Assembly: GCA_963827655.1 (NCBI GenBank)
Contig: CAWHCF010000020.1
Location: 64,001-128,000 of the forward strand
Source: an uncultured Acidobacteriota bacterium
GTDB taxonomy: Bacteria; Acidobacteriota; UBA6911
DNA length: 64,000 nucleotides
Direction of reading: 5' to 3'
Positions 31,581 through 43,705 of the stretch are shown here, piece by piece. The position numbers and the translations under genes were made by a program. Under the pieces are notes generated by a model. It was not told the origin of the DNA. It made no database searches and saw only the letters and a list, made by a program, of their open reading frames with translations. Numbering within the stretch: position 1 is the first letter of the stretch; the number at the start of each line of letters is the position of its first letter.

Positions 31581-32111
31581 ATGACCAGACCGAAGAAAGA
31601 ACAGGCCGAGCAGGCGACCAGTCCGACCGCGAGCCGTCCGCATATACCCGGCTACGGCATTCCCAAGGACAAGAGGGGGCTGCTTCCATGGTCTCACGTC
31701 GTCGAGCGCGTGGCCAAGGCCCAGCACTATTGGATCTGTACGGTCGGCCCGGACGGCCGCCCGCACGCGACGCCGGTCGATGGCTTGTGGCTTGACGACC
31801 AGCTGTTTTTTGGCGGAAGTCCCCAAACGCGCCGCAATCGCAATCTGGCCGCAAATCCCGCCGTGTGCGTCCATCTGGAAAGTGGCATGGATGTCGTCAT
31901 CCTGCAGGGCGACGCGCGCGAGCTGCGCGGGCCGGATCGCGCGTTGAGCGTTCGACTGGCGGAAGCTTCACAAGAGAAGTACGGCTATGGGATGAAGCCC
32001 GAGCAATACGAAAAAGCGGATGGAATGTTTGTGTTCCGCCCGCGCGTGGTTTTCGCCTGGAAGCAATTCCCCAAGGATGCCACGCGCTGGCGTTTCCAGA
32101 ACGAACGCTGA
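31581..32111 (+). CDS. Pyridoxamine 5'-phosphate oxidase-like (split-barrel) protein
   Basis: [49 protein letters not shown]. Confidence 0.88.
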   Translation: MTRPKKEQAEQATSPTASRPHIPGYGIPKDKRGLLPWSHVVERVAKAQHYWICTVGPDGRPHATPVDGLWLDDQLFFGGSPQTRRNRNLAANPAVCVHLESGMDVVILQGDARELRGPDRALSVRLAEASQEKYGYGMKPEQYEKADGMFVFRPRVVFAWKQFPKDATRWRFQNER

Positions 32112-32155
32112 GTCGGCGGTCCATAATCACGGTAAGTAACGTATTGGGCAGAGCT
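32112..32155. mobile_element. Solo end of MITE family B at a TGA stop codon
   Basis: TGA|GTCGGCGGTCCATAATCACGGTAAGTAACGTATTGGGCAGAG resembles the reverse complement of the 60788 and 9085 ends. Confidence 0.5.
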
Positions 32156-32546
32156 CCAGGATGGCAAGTCGAATCCCTGGCCGTCGCAAAACCTCCCGAT
32201 ACATAGTGCGGACGGGCTATCAAGCCCGTCCGACCTACCCAGTGGCACAAATGAGCTTTTCACGGTCATCGCTCATTGCGTCATGATTGTCGAGTCTGTC
32301 ATTGCAATAGCGCGTCTGCGGGCCGGGATTGCACGCTCAGTCCGACTCCGACGGACCGGCTACTCCCATGAATGACACATGGCGCTCGTCAAACCTGACC
32401 AATGGCTTATGACCGGCCAACGACCTTGAAGGCTAGATCCTGCCCATCGCGGTACTTGCGACGGGTCTGATGACCGTCGCCACATAAGGCTTGGGAAGTG
32501 TCTGAGCCGCATTCCACTCACCCCATTTTTCGATCGAATCGGAAAC

Positions 32547-33227
32547 TCAAACTTCGGGAGTGAGCCCCAGAACGATGTCGAATCGAGCGGCAAGCTCGCC
32601 GATGCGCGACCCTTTAATCGGGGCGAAATCCACGATAATGGCGTCGCGCTCCTTCGGGTCTTTGACTCCCTTCAGGACACCGTCGCGGTCGTTAAACGGC
32701 TCCCCCTTGACGTAGCACTGAGTCGTCCACTTCTCGCGGCCCTTCATCTTGAGGGCGAAATGGATGTGCCGTGTGCGGTTCTGATAAAGCACGGGCTTGA
32801 TCGTGCGGAAATAGTATTCGCCCGACGAGGCGGTCATAAAGCGGCCGAACCCCTGAAAGCACTTGTCGCGTGCGGCAGGATTGTTGGTGCCACTGTGCAG
32901 GTAGACGCCGTTGTTGTCCACCTGCCAGATCTCGACCATCACATTGCGGATCGGGTGGCCCTTCGCGTCAAGGACGCGTCCGGTCAGGTGGGTGATTTCA
33001 CCGACCGCGGGGGTGATGCCGTCATTGATAACGAGCAGATCATTGTCCGTGTCGAGCGGGAGGTGGTCGGGATAGAACGGCCCCTCCGTCTGCCGTGGCG
33101 TCAGGACGAGTTGTTCGGCAAACAGGCCGGGTACGCCGAAAAGGCTGTCTACTGAGATGGCCGCGGCTCCGAAAGTCGCGCCCCGAAGAAATCGGCGGCG
33201 GCTCTGCAGCAGGATTGATTCATTCAT
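32547..33227 (-). CDS. Intradiol ring-cleavage dioxygenase-like protein (protocatechuate 3,4-dioxygenase family) with Tat signal
   Basis: SRRRFL, TEGPFYP, VEIWQVDNNGVY, FRTIKPVLY..RTRHIHF (Tyr/Tyr/His/His iron ligands). Confidence 0.88.
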   Translation of the reverse strand: MNESILLQSRRRFLRGATFGAAAISVDSLFGVPGLFAEQLVLTPRQTEGPFYPDHLPLDTDNDLLVINDGITPAVGEITHLTGRVLDAKGHPIRNVMVEIWQVDNNGVYLHSGTNNPAARDKCFQGFGRFMTASSGEYYFRTIKPVLYQNRTRHIHFALKMKGREKWTTQCYVKGEPFNDRDGVLKGVKDPKERDAIIVDFAPIKGSRIGELAARFDIVLGLTPEV

Positions 33228-33309
33228 GACCGTTCTCCTTCGTAAAAAGTTGCCTTATAGTGCCGGCCTGCTCAATGAATTCCGCTAAGATATCACACTC
33301 ACGGACCCA

Positions 33310-33343
33310 CTACCACAAGACGCGAAGACTCGAAGAAACGCCC
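33310..33343 (+). repeat. 9-bp-period motif copy
   Basis: taccacaagacgcgaagactcgaagaaacgcc. Confidence 0.7.
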
Positions 33344-33392
33344 AGAGCGCTTTTGACACTGCAAACAGCTTAACCGGCCGCAAATCTCAGCG

Positions 33393-34940
33393 CTACGGGC
33401 GCGCAGGGGGTTGGCCGGCCTGAACTCGACTATGCTTTGATCCGTACGCGAAGTACACGACGAAACCGATCACCAGCCAGACTATAAGGCGGAGCCACGT
33501 GTCGCCGGGCAGCCCCAGCATCATCAGCAAGGAGATGACGATTCCCAGGATCGGCACCAATGGCACCATAGGCGTCTTGAATGGGCGGTGGAGATCGGGG
33601 TTTGTCCTGCGCAGCGCCCAGATGCCGCCGCACACGATCACGAATGCCAGCAGCGTGCCGATGCTGACGAGCTCACCCAGAATAGCGATCGGGACGATCG
33701 AAGCGAAAAACGCCACGAAGAAACCGACAACCAGCGACGAGATCCAGGGTGTCCGGAAACGCGGATGCACCTTGCTCGCCCATGTCGGCAACAGGCCGTC
33801 GCGCGACATCGAGAAGAAGACGCGCGATTGTCCCAGCAACATCACCACCATCGTGCTGCTCAGACCGGCTATCGCTCCCAGTTTCACGAGAAAACTACCC
33901 CAGCGCACACCGGTCTTGTCGATGCCGATCGCGATTGGATCCGGCACGTTGAGCTGACGGAAGTTGATCAGACCGGTAAGAACCACGGCAACCAGGATGT
34001 AGACGACCGTGCAGATCGCCAGGGACCCCAGGATTCCGATGGGCATGTCTTTTTGAGGCTGCCTGGCTTCTTGAGCCGCCGTGGACACTGCATCGAATCC
34101 GATATAGGCAAAGAAAATCACGCCCGCGGCGCGAACGATACCGCTCAGTCCGTATGACCCGAAACTCCCTTCGTTAGGCGGAATGAACGGCGTCCAATTG
34201 GTGGAAGCGAGGTCGGTGTTCTTTAACAGGTAATTCGTACCGAGTCCGATAAAGATTATCAGGACTGCAACCTTCACGATCACGATCAAGGTATTGAAGT
34301 TGGCCGATTCCTTGATTCCGATGATCAGAATCGCGGTCACGATCATGATCCCGATGAAAGCAACCAGGTTGAAGATGCCAGTGACATGCGGGAGGCTCGA
34401 AATATCGACGCCGGCCGCATCGAGCGTCGGCTTGATGCGCGTAAGGTGCTCCCAGCGGTCTGCGTAGAGCACAAACTCTGTGCCGGGTGTGCCCGTAAGC
34501 TGGGGAGGTATCTTTATGCCGAAATCCTGCAGGAAGCTCAGGACGTAACCGCTCCATCCCGAAGCCACCGTGGCGGCGCCGAACGCGTATTCCAGGATCA
34601 GGTCCCAGCCGATGATCCAGGCGATGAACTCGCCGAGCGTGGCGTAGCCGTAGGTGTATGCCGATCCGGCCACCGGAATCATGGAGGCAAACTCGGCATA
34701 ACACAGGCCGGCGAAGATGCACCCGACCGCCGCCAGGACGAACGACAGCACGATGGCAGGCCCGGCATATTGGGCCGCGGCCGCACCCGTCAGAACGAAG
34801 ATGCCGGTCCCGATGATTGCGCCGATGCCGAGGGACATCAGGTTCCATGGGCCGAGGGCGCGCCTGAGGCTGTGTTCGCCGGTTTCCTCAGCCTCCGACA
34901 GGATCAGGTTGAGCGGTTTCTTTGCCATTAAGTTGGGCAT
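33393..34940 (-). CDS. APC-family amino acid permease (cationic amino acid transporter-like)
   Basis: GIGAIIGTGIF, CYAEFASMIPVAGSAYTY, FFAYIGFDAVST; many TM segments. Confidence 0.93.
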   Translation of the reverse strand: MPNLMAKKPLNLILSEAEETGEHSLRRALGPWNLMSLGIGAIIGTGIFVLTGAAAAQYAGPAIVLSFVLAAVGCIFAGLCYAEFASMIPVAGSAYTYGYATLGEFIAWIIGWDLILEYAFGAATVASGWSGYVLSFLQDFGIKIPPQLTGTPGTEFVLYADRWEHLTRIKPTLDAAGVDISSLPHVTGIFNLVAFIGIMIVTAILIIGIKESANFNTLIVIVKVAVLIIFIGLGTNYLLKNTDLASTNWTPFIPPNEGSFGSYGLSGIVRAAGVIFFAYIGFDAVSTAAQEARQPQKDMPIGILGSLAICTVVYILVAVVLTGLINFRQLNVPDPIAIGIDKTGVRWGSFLVKLGAIAGLSSTMVVMLLGQSRVFFSMSRDGLLPTWASKVHPRFRTPWISSLVVGFFVAFFASIVPIAILGELVSIGTLLAFVIVCGGIWALRRTNPDLHRPFKTPMVPLVPILGIVISLLMMLGLPGDTWLRLIVWLVIGFVVYFAYGSKHSRVQAGQPPARP

Positions 34941-35009
34941 TCAGTTTCTTCCCTCCTGGAAGATCGACGCTTCAAGGCCGCCAAGTGTGGGTTCTTGGGT
35001 GTGGCTGGT

Positions 35010-35051
35010 GGCTGCAGCCGAATGTGAAACTATTTCTGCGCGAATCCTAAG
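35010..35051. mobile_element. Solo right TIR of MITE family A
   Basis: gctgcagccgaatgtgaaactatttctgcgcgaatcc|taa. Confidence 0.6.
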
Positions 35052-35159
35052 CTTAACACTTCGACGTCGCAAGGAAGTACACCTGAATCGCTCGACAGAC
35101 AATCCTTTATTTCGGCTGGGGTTCCTGAACCTGCCTGAATCTGCTACCACCGCTTGGGT

Positions 35160-35193
35160 GGATCCAGGATTCAGGCGGCTACCCGCCCGGATC

Positions 35194-35222
<29 letters not shown>
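35160..35222. repeat. Inverted heptamer tandem-repeat hairpin (ATCCTGA/ATCCTGG type)
   Basis: ggatccaggattcagg ... atcctaaatcctggatcctgaatcctgagtcc; contains the stop of the 35194-36795 gene. Confidence 0.7.
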
Positions 35223-36795
<1,573 letters not shown>

Positions 36796-37022
36796 TTTGC
36801 CACCTCCGTGAAGACCCGGACCACCGCTCGACCTGACGGTTACGAACGGCGTTTACTCGCGATGGAATCATTGGCTTCGGACCGTGAGTGTCCCAATACA
36901 CCCGTCGAGCGTGCAAAGTCAAGCACTCTGGGACCAACAGACTCTGGAACCGGTTCTTCCCCGGCTATACACCTGAAGTGGAGAAACAAAGGCATCTCGT
37001 GATTGTGTCGAAGCGGGGCGGT

Positions 37023-37334
37023 TTATCCGCCTTGTTTGGAAGGAGGCAGGCGATCGGTCCAGTAATTGGGGCGGCGGCTCTGATGTGCTATGGCAAGAAC
37101 GATCAGTTCGCCTTGCTGAATCATGTACAAAATACTGTATGGGAAGCGCGCAAGCACTTTCCGTCGCACGCTGTGTTCACCGGCCGCCGCAATTTCTGGA
37201 AACTCCTCGATGTATTCAACGGCCGAGAGGACTTCGGCGAGCAATCGGTCTCCTAGCCCTTCGGTCGCTGAATCGTAATACTCTACCGCCTCGGTAAGTT
37301 CCACCTCAGCGGCTTCGTGAAAGCGCGACTTCAT
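37023..37334 (-). CDS. RelE/ParE-family toxin
   Basis: MKSRFHEAAEVELTEAVEYY...RRKVLARFPYSILY...LAIAHQSRRPNYW; ATGA overlap with the antitoxin. Confidence 0.9.
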   Translation of the reverse strand: MKSRFHEAAEVELTEAVEYYDSATEGLGDRLLAEVLSAVEYIEEFPEIAAAGEHSVRRKVLARFPYSILYMIQQGELIVLAIAHQSRRPNYWTDRLPPSKQGG

Positions 37335-37564
37335 CGCCGACGGCGCGCTTTCAACTTGGAAAATACCTCTTCCGAAGGAATCGACCTGGCCGTCCGCGCC
37401 CTGAGCTGCTGATAACGCCTGGCCGCTTCCTGCTCCCACAAGCGCTCGTTCTCCTCAGGACTGATTCCATCTAGACTCTCAAGCAGTCGTTTGGCGAGGG
37501 CGGCGCGCGACTCGACCGTGAGTTGGAGCGCTTCGGCAGCGATGTCTTCGAGTTTTCTGTTCAT
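37331..37564 (-). CDS. Addiction-module antitoxin (TIGR02574-like)
   Basis: EALQLTVESRAALAKRLLESLD...WEQEAARRY...IPSEEVF. Confidence 0.88.
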   Translation of the reverse strand: MNRKLEDIAAEALQLTVESRAALAKRLLESLDGISPEENERLWEQEAARRYQQLRARTARSIPSEEVFSKLKARRRR

Positions 37565-37577
37565 TGCTGTTGAAGTC

Positions 37578-37621
37578 CTTGGTGTTTCTTCGTGTCTTTG
37601 TGTCCTCGTGGTATTTGTTTC
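37578..37621 (-). repeat. 9-bp-period motif copy directly upstream of the antitoxin
   Basis: Reverse complement: aaacaaataccacgaggacacaaagacacgaagaaacacc. Confidence 0.75.
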
Positions 37622-40600
37622 TCAACGCAACCGGCTCGCGTCCCGCGCCCAGCGTTTGAGAATCTCGTGTCCGCGGTCGCCGGGTTTGTAGCGCATGCCT
37701 CCCTGGTGGCCGTCCTCCTGTCCGGTTTGAATATTCAGGGGCTTCCGCAGCACCTTGCTCTGCTCGACGTCATCGAGGTTGATCCGGTCGAGAAGCGTGC
37801 GGTAGTTCTTCCAGGCGTCTTGAGCCGACAGGAAGGCAGTCCGGCGGGCCGGCGACGACGAGCTCCATCGAGGGCACACGGCCTGCGCCGTGGCACGAGA
37901 AACACGACTGGCCGTCGTCGCGGTTCTCCCGGTTCAGCTCCGGGATGACGTGATCGAAGAAGTAAGTGAAATTGCGCACCCGCTCCGGCGTCAGAGCCAG
38001 CTTCGGCTGGACGGGATCCCGCTCGACGGCCTCGCGCAACTCGCTGTCGAACGCCGGCGCAAGCATTCGTTTTGCTTCGCCGGCGTTGACACGGCTCGAG
38101 GCGGTGATCACCTCCGGCTGCGAGCGCAACTCGGGCTGGGTCAGCATGCGAACCGCGAGATCGCGCAGCCGGCGGTCCACGTCCGGCGAGAGATTCCTGA
38201 GGTAAAGGTCCAACGCGAAGCGGCGCAGTTCGGCGCGGCCCTCAGGCAAGGGCTTCTGGCCGACCTCGGGAACCGGCGTATCGAAGGTCAGCATCCAGCC
38301 GGCGCTCGCCAGCCAGAAATATTCCTCCAGCGGGTTCGGGAAGGTCTTGGGAACCATCGACAGCAGCGTGTCGGTCCGCATGTCGGGATTGGCTGCAAGC
38401 ACGCCCCCAAGCTGCTCGGCAAGAAACCACTGGGCGTCGTCCTTCGGGTCGTCGAGCCTGGGAATCAGCAGGCTGAAGAACGCGCGCCGGCGATCTTCCG
38501 ACGACGGTATGTCCCAGCGCGCTTGAGTAAGCTGGCGGATCACGGTGCGCGCGGTCTGCTGCCGGGTTTTCTCGTCTGCGGCGCCGCGATACACGCGCTC
38601 CATCAGCGGCTCGACGAACTCCGGCGCTGTGGGAAAAAGCACCGCGCGCGGATCGGAAATCGAAGTCGAGGCGATGGACCGAAACTTTTCCGGACCCTTG
38701 ACGGCGTAGTGCAGAAGCTTCTTCTGAACTCCTTCCTGCACCACGTTGGCCGAGGCTTCGATCGCCAGCTGAACCGCTCTTGGATCATCCGCTCGTTCCG
38801 CCCGTTCCCAGTAATCGAGGACCGCCTTGCCGACCATGGCGGAGGCGTGCGGCGTCGCGTATCCCATCGGACCGGTGCCGTTGCTGCCGAAGGCGGCGTT
38901 GTAATAGGTCGCCGCCACGCCGACCACCCGCTCGCCGATCCGGCTGCCGGCATCGGCCGCGAGCCGGGCCGCGACCGCCTGGAACAGATCCGCGAGCTCC
39001 GGATAGGGATGGTCGTAGTTGGCGCTGGCCCGGTTTCCGTTCACGATGAACAGTGCCTGCAGCTGATACCGCTTTGCGTTCTCGGCCAGAACCGAAGGCT
39101 CGGGGGTTTCCAGCATGGTCAGGAAAGCCTGATTGAGCCGCGGGCGAATGGGCGGATTCCACAGCCACCAGTTCCACGCCGCCCGGGCGGCCCACGCCCT
39201 CACGGCAGGGTTCGGATCCGCGCTCATCATGCGGTCCAGCATGCCGGCCAGCCGCTCGAAATCCACGACCGGAGCGCGGCATCACGGCGCCGGCACGCAT
39301 CACCAGCGCGGCCGCCATTTGCTCGCGCGCCAGGTCGCCGCCGCGTCCGTAGGCGGCCAGGATCTGCTCCCAGCCCTTATCGTCGAGCAGGGTCTGGCGC
39401 ATCCCCCAGCGCGCCGCCTCGCGTACCATCTTGACCGGATCGCCCAGCCCCTTGACGAGCGCGGGGACGGCCTTTTCACTGTGGCGCGCGCCCAGGGCCA
39501 CCATCGCCCAGTAACGGACGGCCGGGCTGGCATGGGTCGCGCCCGCCAGCATGAGATCGAGATGCTTCTCCGCCGGCTCCGTGCTCGACACAGCGCTCCA
39601 GGGTTCCAGGTGCGCCAGCATGCGCATGCGCGCGACGGTGTCCTGCAGCGACTCGCCGCTCCTGGGCTCGAAATCATCCGCCGGCGTTAATTCCGGCTCG
39701 TCCGGAACCAGGCGCCCGAGCGTGTTGAGGACGTAAGCGGTCGTGACGAAGCCGGTCTTGGCCGACCGATTCCAGCGGCCGTACGGGTCCTGCAGGCGCA
39801 GCAGCGCCTGAACGCCTCGGGCGATCACGGGATCCTTCTGGTCTACGCCGAGCGACACCAGCGCATCCAGCGCCAGCGCGGTCGGGGCCGGGTCGGGCGA
39901 CGCATCGACGGTCCCGGGAGCGAATCCCCAGGCGCCGTCTTCCCGCTGCGAGGCGCAGAGCGCGCGCTTGTCCTCCTCGAGCTGGCGCTGCGCGCGCTCC
40001 ACCAGCGCTTGAGCCGCGGCGGCGCCGCCTTTCAGCTTGACGAAGTCGGCCGGAAACACCCGGCGGAAAAACAGGACGCGGTGCGCGATGTCGTCGGTAA
40101 ACTTCGGCTTCACGCCCAGAATTTTCTCCGCCCGTTCCTCGATCCCGGCGAGATAGCGGGGATCAGCGGTCCGGTCCCACGCGGTTCGCAGAATCTCGGC
40201 CGCATAATGAATCACCACCGCCTGTCCGACGTTCGAGCCTTTCCCGGCGGCGTTGATGCCGCCCGGGTCGGACGTCTGGAGCACGTAGTTAGCCGTGCGA
40301 ATCTGCTGCGCCGAATGCAGCTTGCGCGGCGCGATTACGGCTTCCACCGTCCTCACGTTGTGTCCTGCCACGCGCGTGCCCGCCGGACCGTCGCCCAGGT
40401 CGTGAGGCGGCAGACTGGTATTGTTCGCGGCGTCCTTGAGCACGTTGGTCGGCCGCAAGGATTCGTACATCAGGTTCATCAGGTGGCGATAGTTGCCGAC
40501 GTTCTCGACCCGGTAACCGAAGGCAATCGGCACCGCCGGCCCCCAGGCGCCGGATTGCGTGTGGCAGCTGACGCAATTACTGCCGTACATGCTGCCCGTA

Positions 40601-41646
40601 TCACGCAGGCGCCGGTCCAGGCTGTTGCCGCGCGGCCGGTTCAACAGCCACGCATCAACCTGGGAGATATGGTCGTACATCCCCTGCCGCACCGCTTCGC
40701 GGACATTCGTGTAAGGGGCCGGCCGCCGGATGCGCAGTTCCAGATCGTATCCGGGGGAGTTGGCCTCCACGCGCAGGAAATAGGAGCCCCCGGGTTTGAG
40801 CAGCCGGACGATCGCGGTCCGGTGCTCTTCCGTCTGCTCGTGCACGGTTTCGTTGGCGTTTTTTCCTTCCGTGTATTCCTTGGAGTCCGCGGTGTAGAAG
40901 CGCAGGCGCGCGGTCACGAAGGGATCCGTAGGCACCATGTTGCAGGTCAGCAAGCGGGGCTCGGAACCACTGAAGTCGATCCGGTACCAGTCGTCACCCG
41001 ACTCGCCGTAGCGTCCGTTGTCGAAATACTCGATGTCATCGGAGCTTCCCGTGACGCGAATCGCCTGATCGCCATCTCCCGGCTGGAACGGGACCGGCTG
41101 CGCCTGCCGGATTGAGTTGTTCGGCTCCGTCTCGAGGATCAAGCCGCGGGTCGCCTGGCCCAAGGTTATCGGCCGGACCAGAATGCGCAGAGGGACTCGG
41201 GCGCCGGCCGTCCAGGGCGTGTGCTTCGGGAACGGCTTCATCTCCGCGACGATCCCGTTCTCGCGCCAGCGGGGCGTATTGAACAGGGGCTCTTCGTTCT
41301 CGACGGCGTGAAACGAGATCGTGTATTTGCCCGTCTCCGGCGCCCGGTAGAGGGTGTGCACATCAGGGTCAAGCGCGTGCAGCACTTTGCGGAATCCGGC
41401 GTCCGGACCCGGAGCGCCCCATTCGATCGCGATCCGGCCGTTGTCCGGAAGCTGCGAAGGGGACTCGATCCCGGCGGAGATTTCAACCGTGTCTCCGGCG
41501 TTGAGTTGAAGCGTCCGGGAGAGCGAACCGGAGAACTGAAGCCGCTGATCGATTCCGCGGGGTGCGGCGCCACGGCCTCCGACCGGCAGCCAGGAGAGAA
41601 GCAGCGCCACGGCACAGGAAAGCAGAAACACACGAGGCTTGCGCAT
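37622..41646 (-). CDS. Large secreted multidomain protein: PPC-like / CxxCH / prenyltransferase-squalene-cyclase-like repeats / HEAT / C-terminal CxxCH (2 indels)
   Basis: RBS + MRKPRVFLLSCAVALLL; ETEPNNSIRQAQ; NCVSCH; SQREDGAW and LQDPYGRW; ALVKGLGDPVKMVREAARWG; SCFSCH...HQGG. Joins ORFs 38785-41703, 37770-39266 and 37622-37879. Confidence 0.75.
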
Positions 41647-41650
41647 GACG

Positions 41651-42805
41651 TTATCCCCTCCCTGTTCCGAGGAAATATTCGAAGAAGAGACAGATCTGCT
41701 CACTCGCTTCCGGGGAAATCCTGTGCTCCGGGCGATTCGACATCCCGACGCGATTCTCGTATCCGAGCAGACGGTTCACCGCCACGGTGTGGTTCAGCGC
41801 CTTCCAGCGCTCCGGTTGGTCCTCGGAGCCGCCGGATACGAAGAACGGCCGGGGCGCGATCAGCGCATGGAGTTCATGGAGATCATAACCTTTCTCCATC
41901 ATGGTCTTGTACGGACCGATTCGCGGATGCTTCTCGGTCAGGACGCCGCGGGGCCGGAACTCACGAGCCGGCGCATAACCGAGGTACCAGGGCTCCCAGT
42001 AATTCACGTTGGGACGCGTCTCGTCAAAAACGATGCCGGGGTCGGAGACGCAGACGGCCGCGAACTTCTCGGACAGCGCGCCGGCAAACAACGCCCACTT
42101 CCCTCCATAGGAGTGCCCCACCACGCCGATTCGCTTCGGATCCACCTCCGGGCGCTGAGCCAGCCAGGTGGCGGCGTTGGCCGCAACGTACGCCAGGTAA
42201 GAAAGCGGTTGAAGCTGCGCCTTATCCCATGCCGGATAGTAGAGGTCGGCGTCGGGGCGGGGCGCCGTGGGGTTCTGTCCCAGGCACAGGGCGGCGAACC
42301 CGCGCTTGACCATCTGGTAACCGAAGTCGTTCTGCTGACGGCGGTCGGGCTTGATTCCCGCGCCGTCCTCGGGATAGTAGAAGACGTCGAGCACGGCAGG
42401 GAACGGGCCCGTTCCTTCCGGAGTCAACAGGTACGCCGCGGTCTTCCGTCCCGGAGCGATCTCGAGATCGATCCGGCGCCGGACGAAGCCTTCGGTGGTG
42501 TCGCGCCACTGTTCCTGGCCGTGGGGCTTCTCGAGGAGGGGCGGCCACTGCCCGAGGAGCCCGTGCCATTTTTTGAGGAGCTCCTTGCGCCGTTCCTGCC
42601 AGTCTTCCTTCGTCTGAACCCGGCGTCCTTCTTCAAACTGGAGTACCGGACGGAAGGTCCCGAGGTCATCCTTGAACTTTGCCGGCGCGCTAAAGAGAAA
42701 CTCGATCTTCTGCCAGACTTCCTTTGCCGGCGGCGTGTGCTGGACGGGTCCCCAGGCAGCTGCAAGCGTGGAGAAGAGAATTACGATGGGCAGACAGCGG
42801 ATCAT
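41651..42805 (-). CDS. Secreted alpha/beta-hydrolase (dienelactone hydrolase/acetylxylan esterase-like)
   Basis: Signal peptide MIRCLPIVILF; VDPKRIGVVGHSYGGKW; ALIAPRPFFVSGGSED; terminal His. Confidence 0.85.
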   Translation of the reverse strand: MIRCLPIVILFSTLAAAWGPVQHTPPAKEVWQKIEFLFSAPAKFKDDLGTFRPVLQFEEGRRVQTKEDWQERRKELLKKWHGLLGQWPPLLEKPHGQEQWRDTTEGFVRRRIDLEIAPGRKTAAYLLTPEGTGPFPAVLDVFYYPEDGAGIKPDRRQQNDFGYQMVKRGFAALCLGQNPTAPRPDADLYYPAWDKAQLQPLSYLAYVAANAATWLAQRPEVDPKRIGVVGHSYGGKWALFAGALSEKFAAVCVSDPGIVFDETRPNVNYWEPWYLGYAPAREFRPRGVLTEKHPRIGPYKTMMEKGYDLHELHALIAPRPFFVSGGSEDQPERWKALNHTVAVNRLLGYENRVGMSNRPEHRISPEASEQICLFFEYFLGTGRG

Positions 42806-42920
42806 GGGTCCATCATAACGCAACTTCGTCAGACCCGATCTTTCAAGGAGTGTTTGATCGGTGCTTGCTCTGGACGTTAAACGCATCTTGTATTGGTCCA
42901 GTTCGAACGGTGACGCCAGC

Positions 42921-43120
42921 TCGCGCCTGAAGCGCGAAGGAGATTAGCCGGAGGCAAGCGAAGCGCTGCTCCCGGTCAAGATTCCAGGCGAAGAGACGCG
43001 CCAGCAAGGGCGCTGGACGCGGCCCATTACACGAGGCTTCAGCGGCGCACAACTTTAAACTCCTAAACGGGCTGCGCTAATCCTTGCGCGGGGTATTTCC
43101 GTCGCCCGCTCCGGGGCGAA
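42921..43120. repeat. REP-like doublet related to 25307-25509
   Basis: cgcgcctgaagcgcgaaggagattagccggaggcaagcgaagcgctgctcccgg ... atttccgtcgcccgctccggggcg. Confidence 0.65.
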
Positions 43121-43546
43121 ATGCCGCTGATCTTGCGTGGTGGGTTTAGTGCAGTTTTAAGCCCTTTGGCCTTCGTCAGCTTGAAATCTCCGTTCCGACC
43201 GGAACGGTTCCAGCTTCCGGTCATCGTGTCCTTGTCCACCTTTCCTTCCACAGTGTAGTGTCGGTTTTTCGCCTTGTAGTCAACTTCGAACTTCACCGTC
43301 ATGGTCTTGGGATCATACGAGGCTTTATCGAGAGCGATTCCTTCCGGGCCCGGATTCACGGTCCCGGTCAGAGTCTTTCCGTCCCACTTGAGCTCCAACG
43401 TGGCCGGGTTACGATCGCTTGCGCTGGGTCCCCAATCCCCCTTCCAGGTTCCGGTCAGGGGGTCGGATCCCTGGAAAGCCGAGGAGCGGAATGCCCAGAC
43501 TGATAACGAGTGCAACGCCGATAGTGAGAACCATTCTTCCCTTCAT
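43063..43546 (-). CDS. Small secreted beta-rich hypothetical protein (indel near the 5' end)
   Basis: AGGAGG RBS + MKGRMVLTIGVALVI; DPLTGTWKGDWGP...LKWDGKTLTGTVNPG...MTGSW...GDFKLTK. 3' end uncertain. Confidence 0.7.
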
Positions 43547-43630
43547 GGTTTCCTCCTGTTGTGCGTTTTCTCATTGCAGGTAATTACCATCAGGGTCAAA
43601 TCGTATTCCCCAAGACGAACAACCGCAACC

Positions 43631-43705
43631 TGTAAAGCAGCAGGCAGTACGCTGTAAGCAGCCAGGCGGTGTTTCCATCCGCGCCTACTGTTTACTGCTT
43701 ACTGT
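43631..43705. repeat. Inverted heptamer tandem-repeat hairpin (GCAGTAA/TTACTGC type)
   Basis: gtaaagcagcaggcagtacgctgtaagcagccaggc ... gcctactgtttactgcttactg; contains the esterase stop. Confidence 0.6.

Noticed and set aside
32240-32420. Possible fifth heptamer hairpin (GTCATTG/CAATGAC-like)
   Set aside because: Too degenerate to establish period or pairing by eye.
39700-40600. Squalene-hopene cyclase / terpene biosynthetic cluster
   Set aside because: Only QW-like repeats; no DxDD motif, the protein is secreted, and no hpn or prenyl-synthase genes are adjacent.
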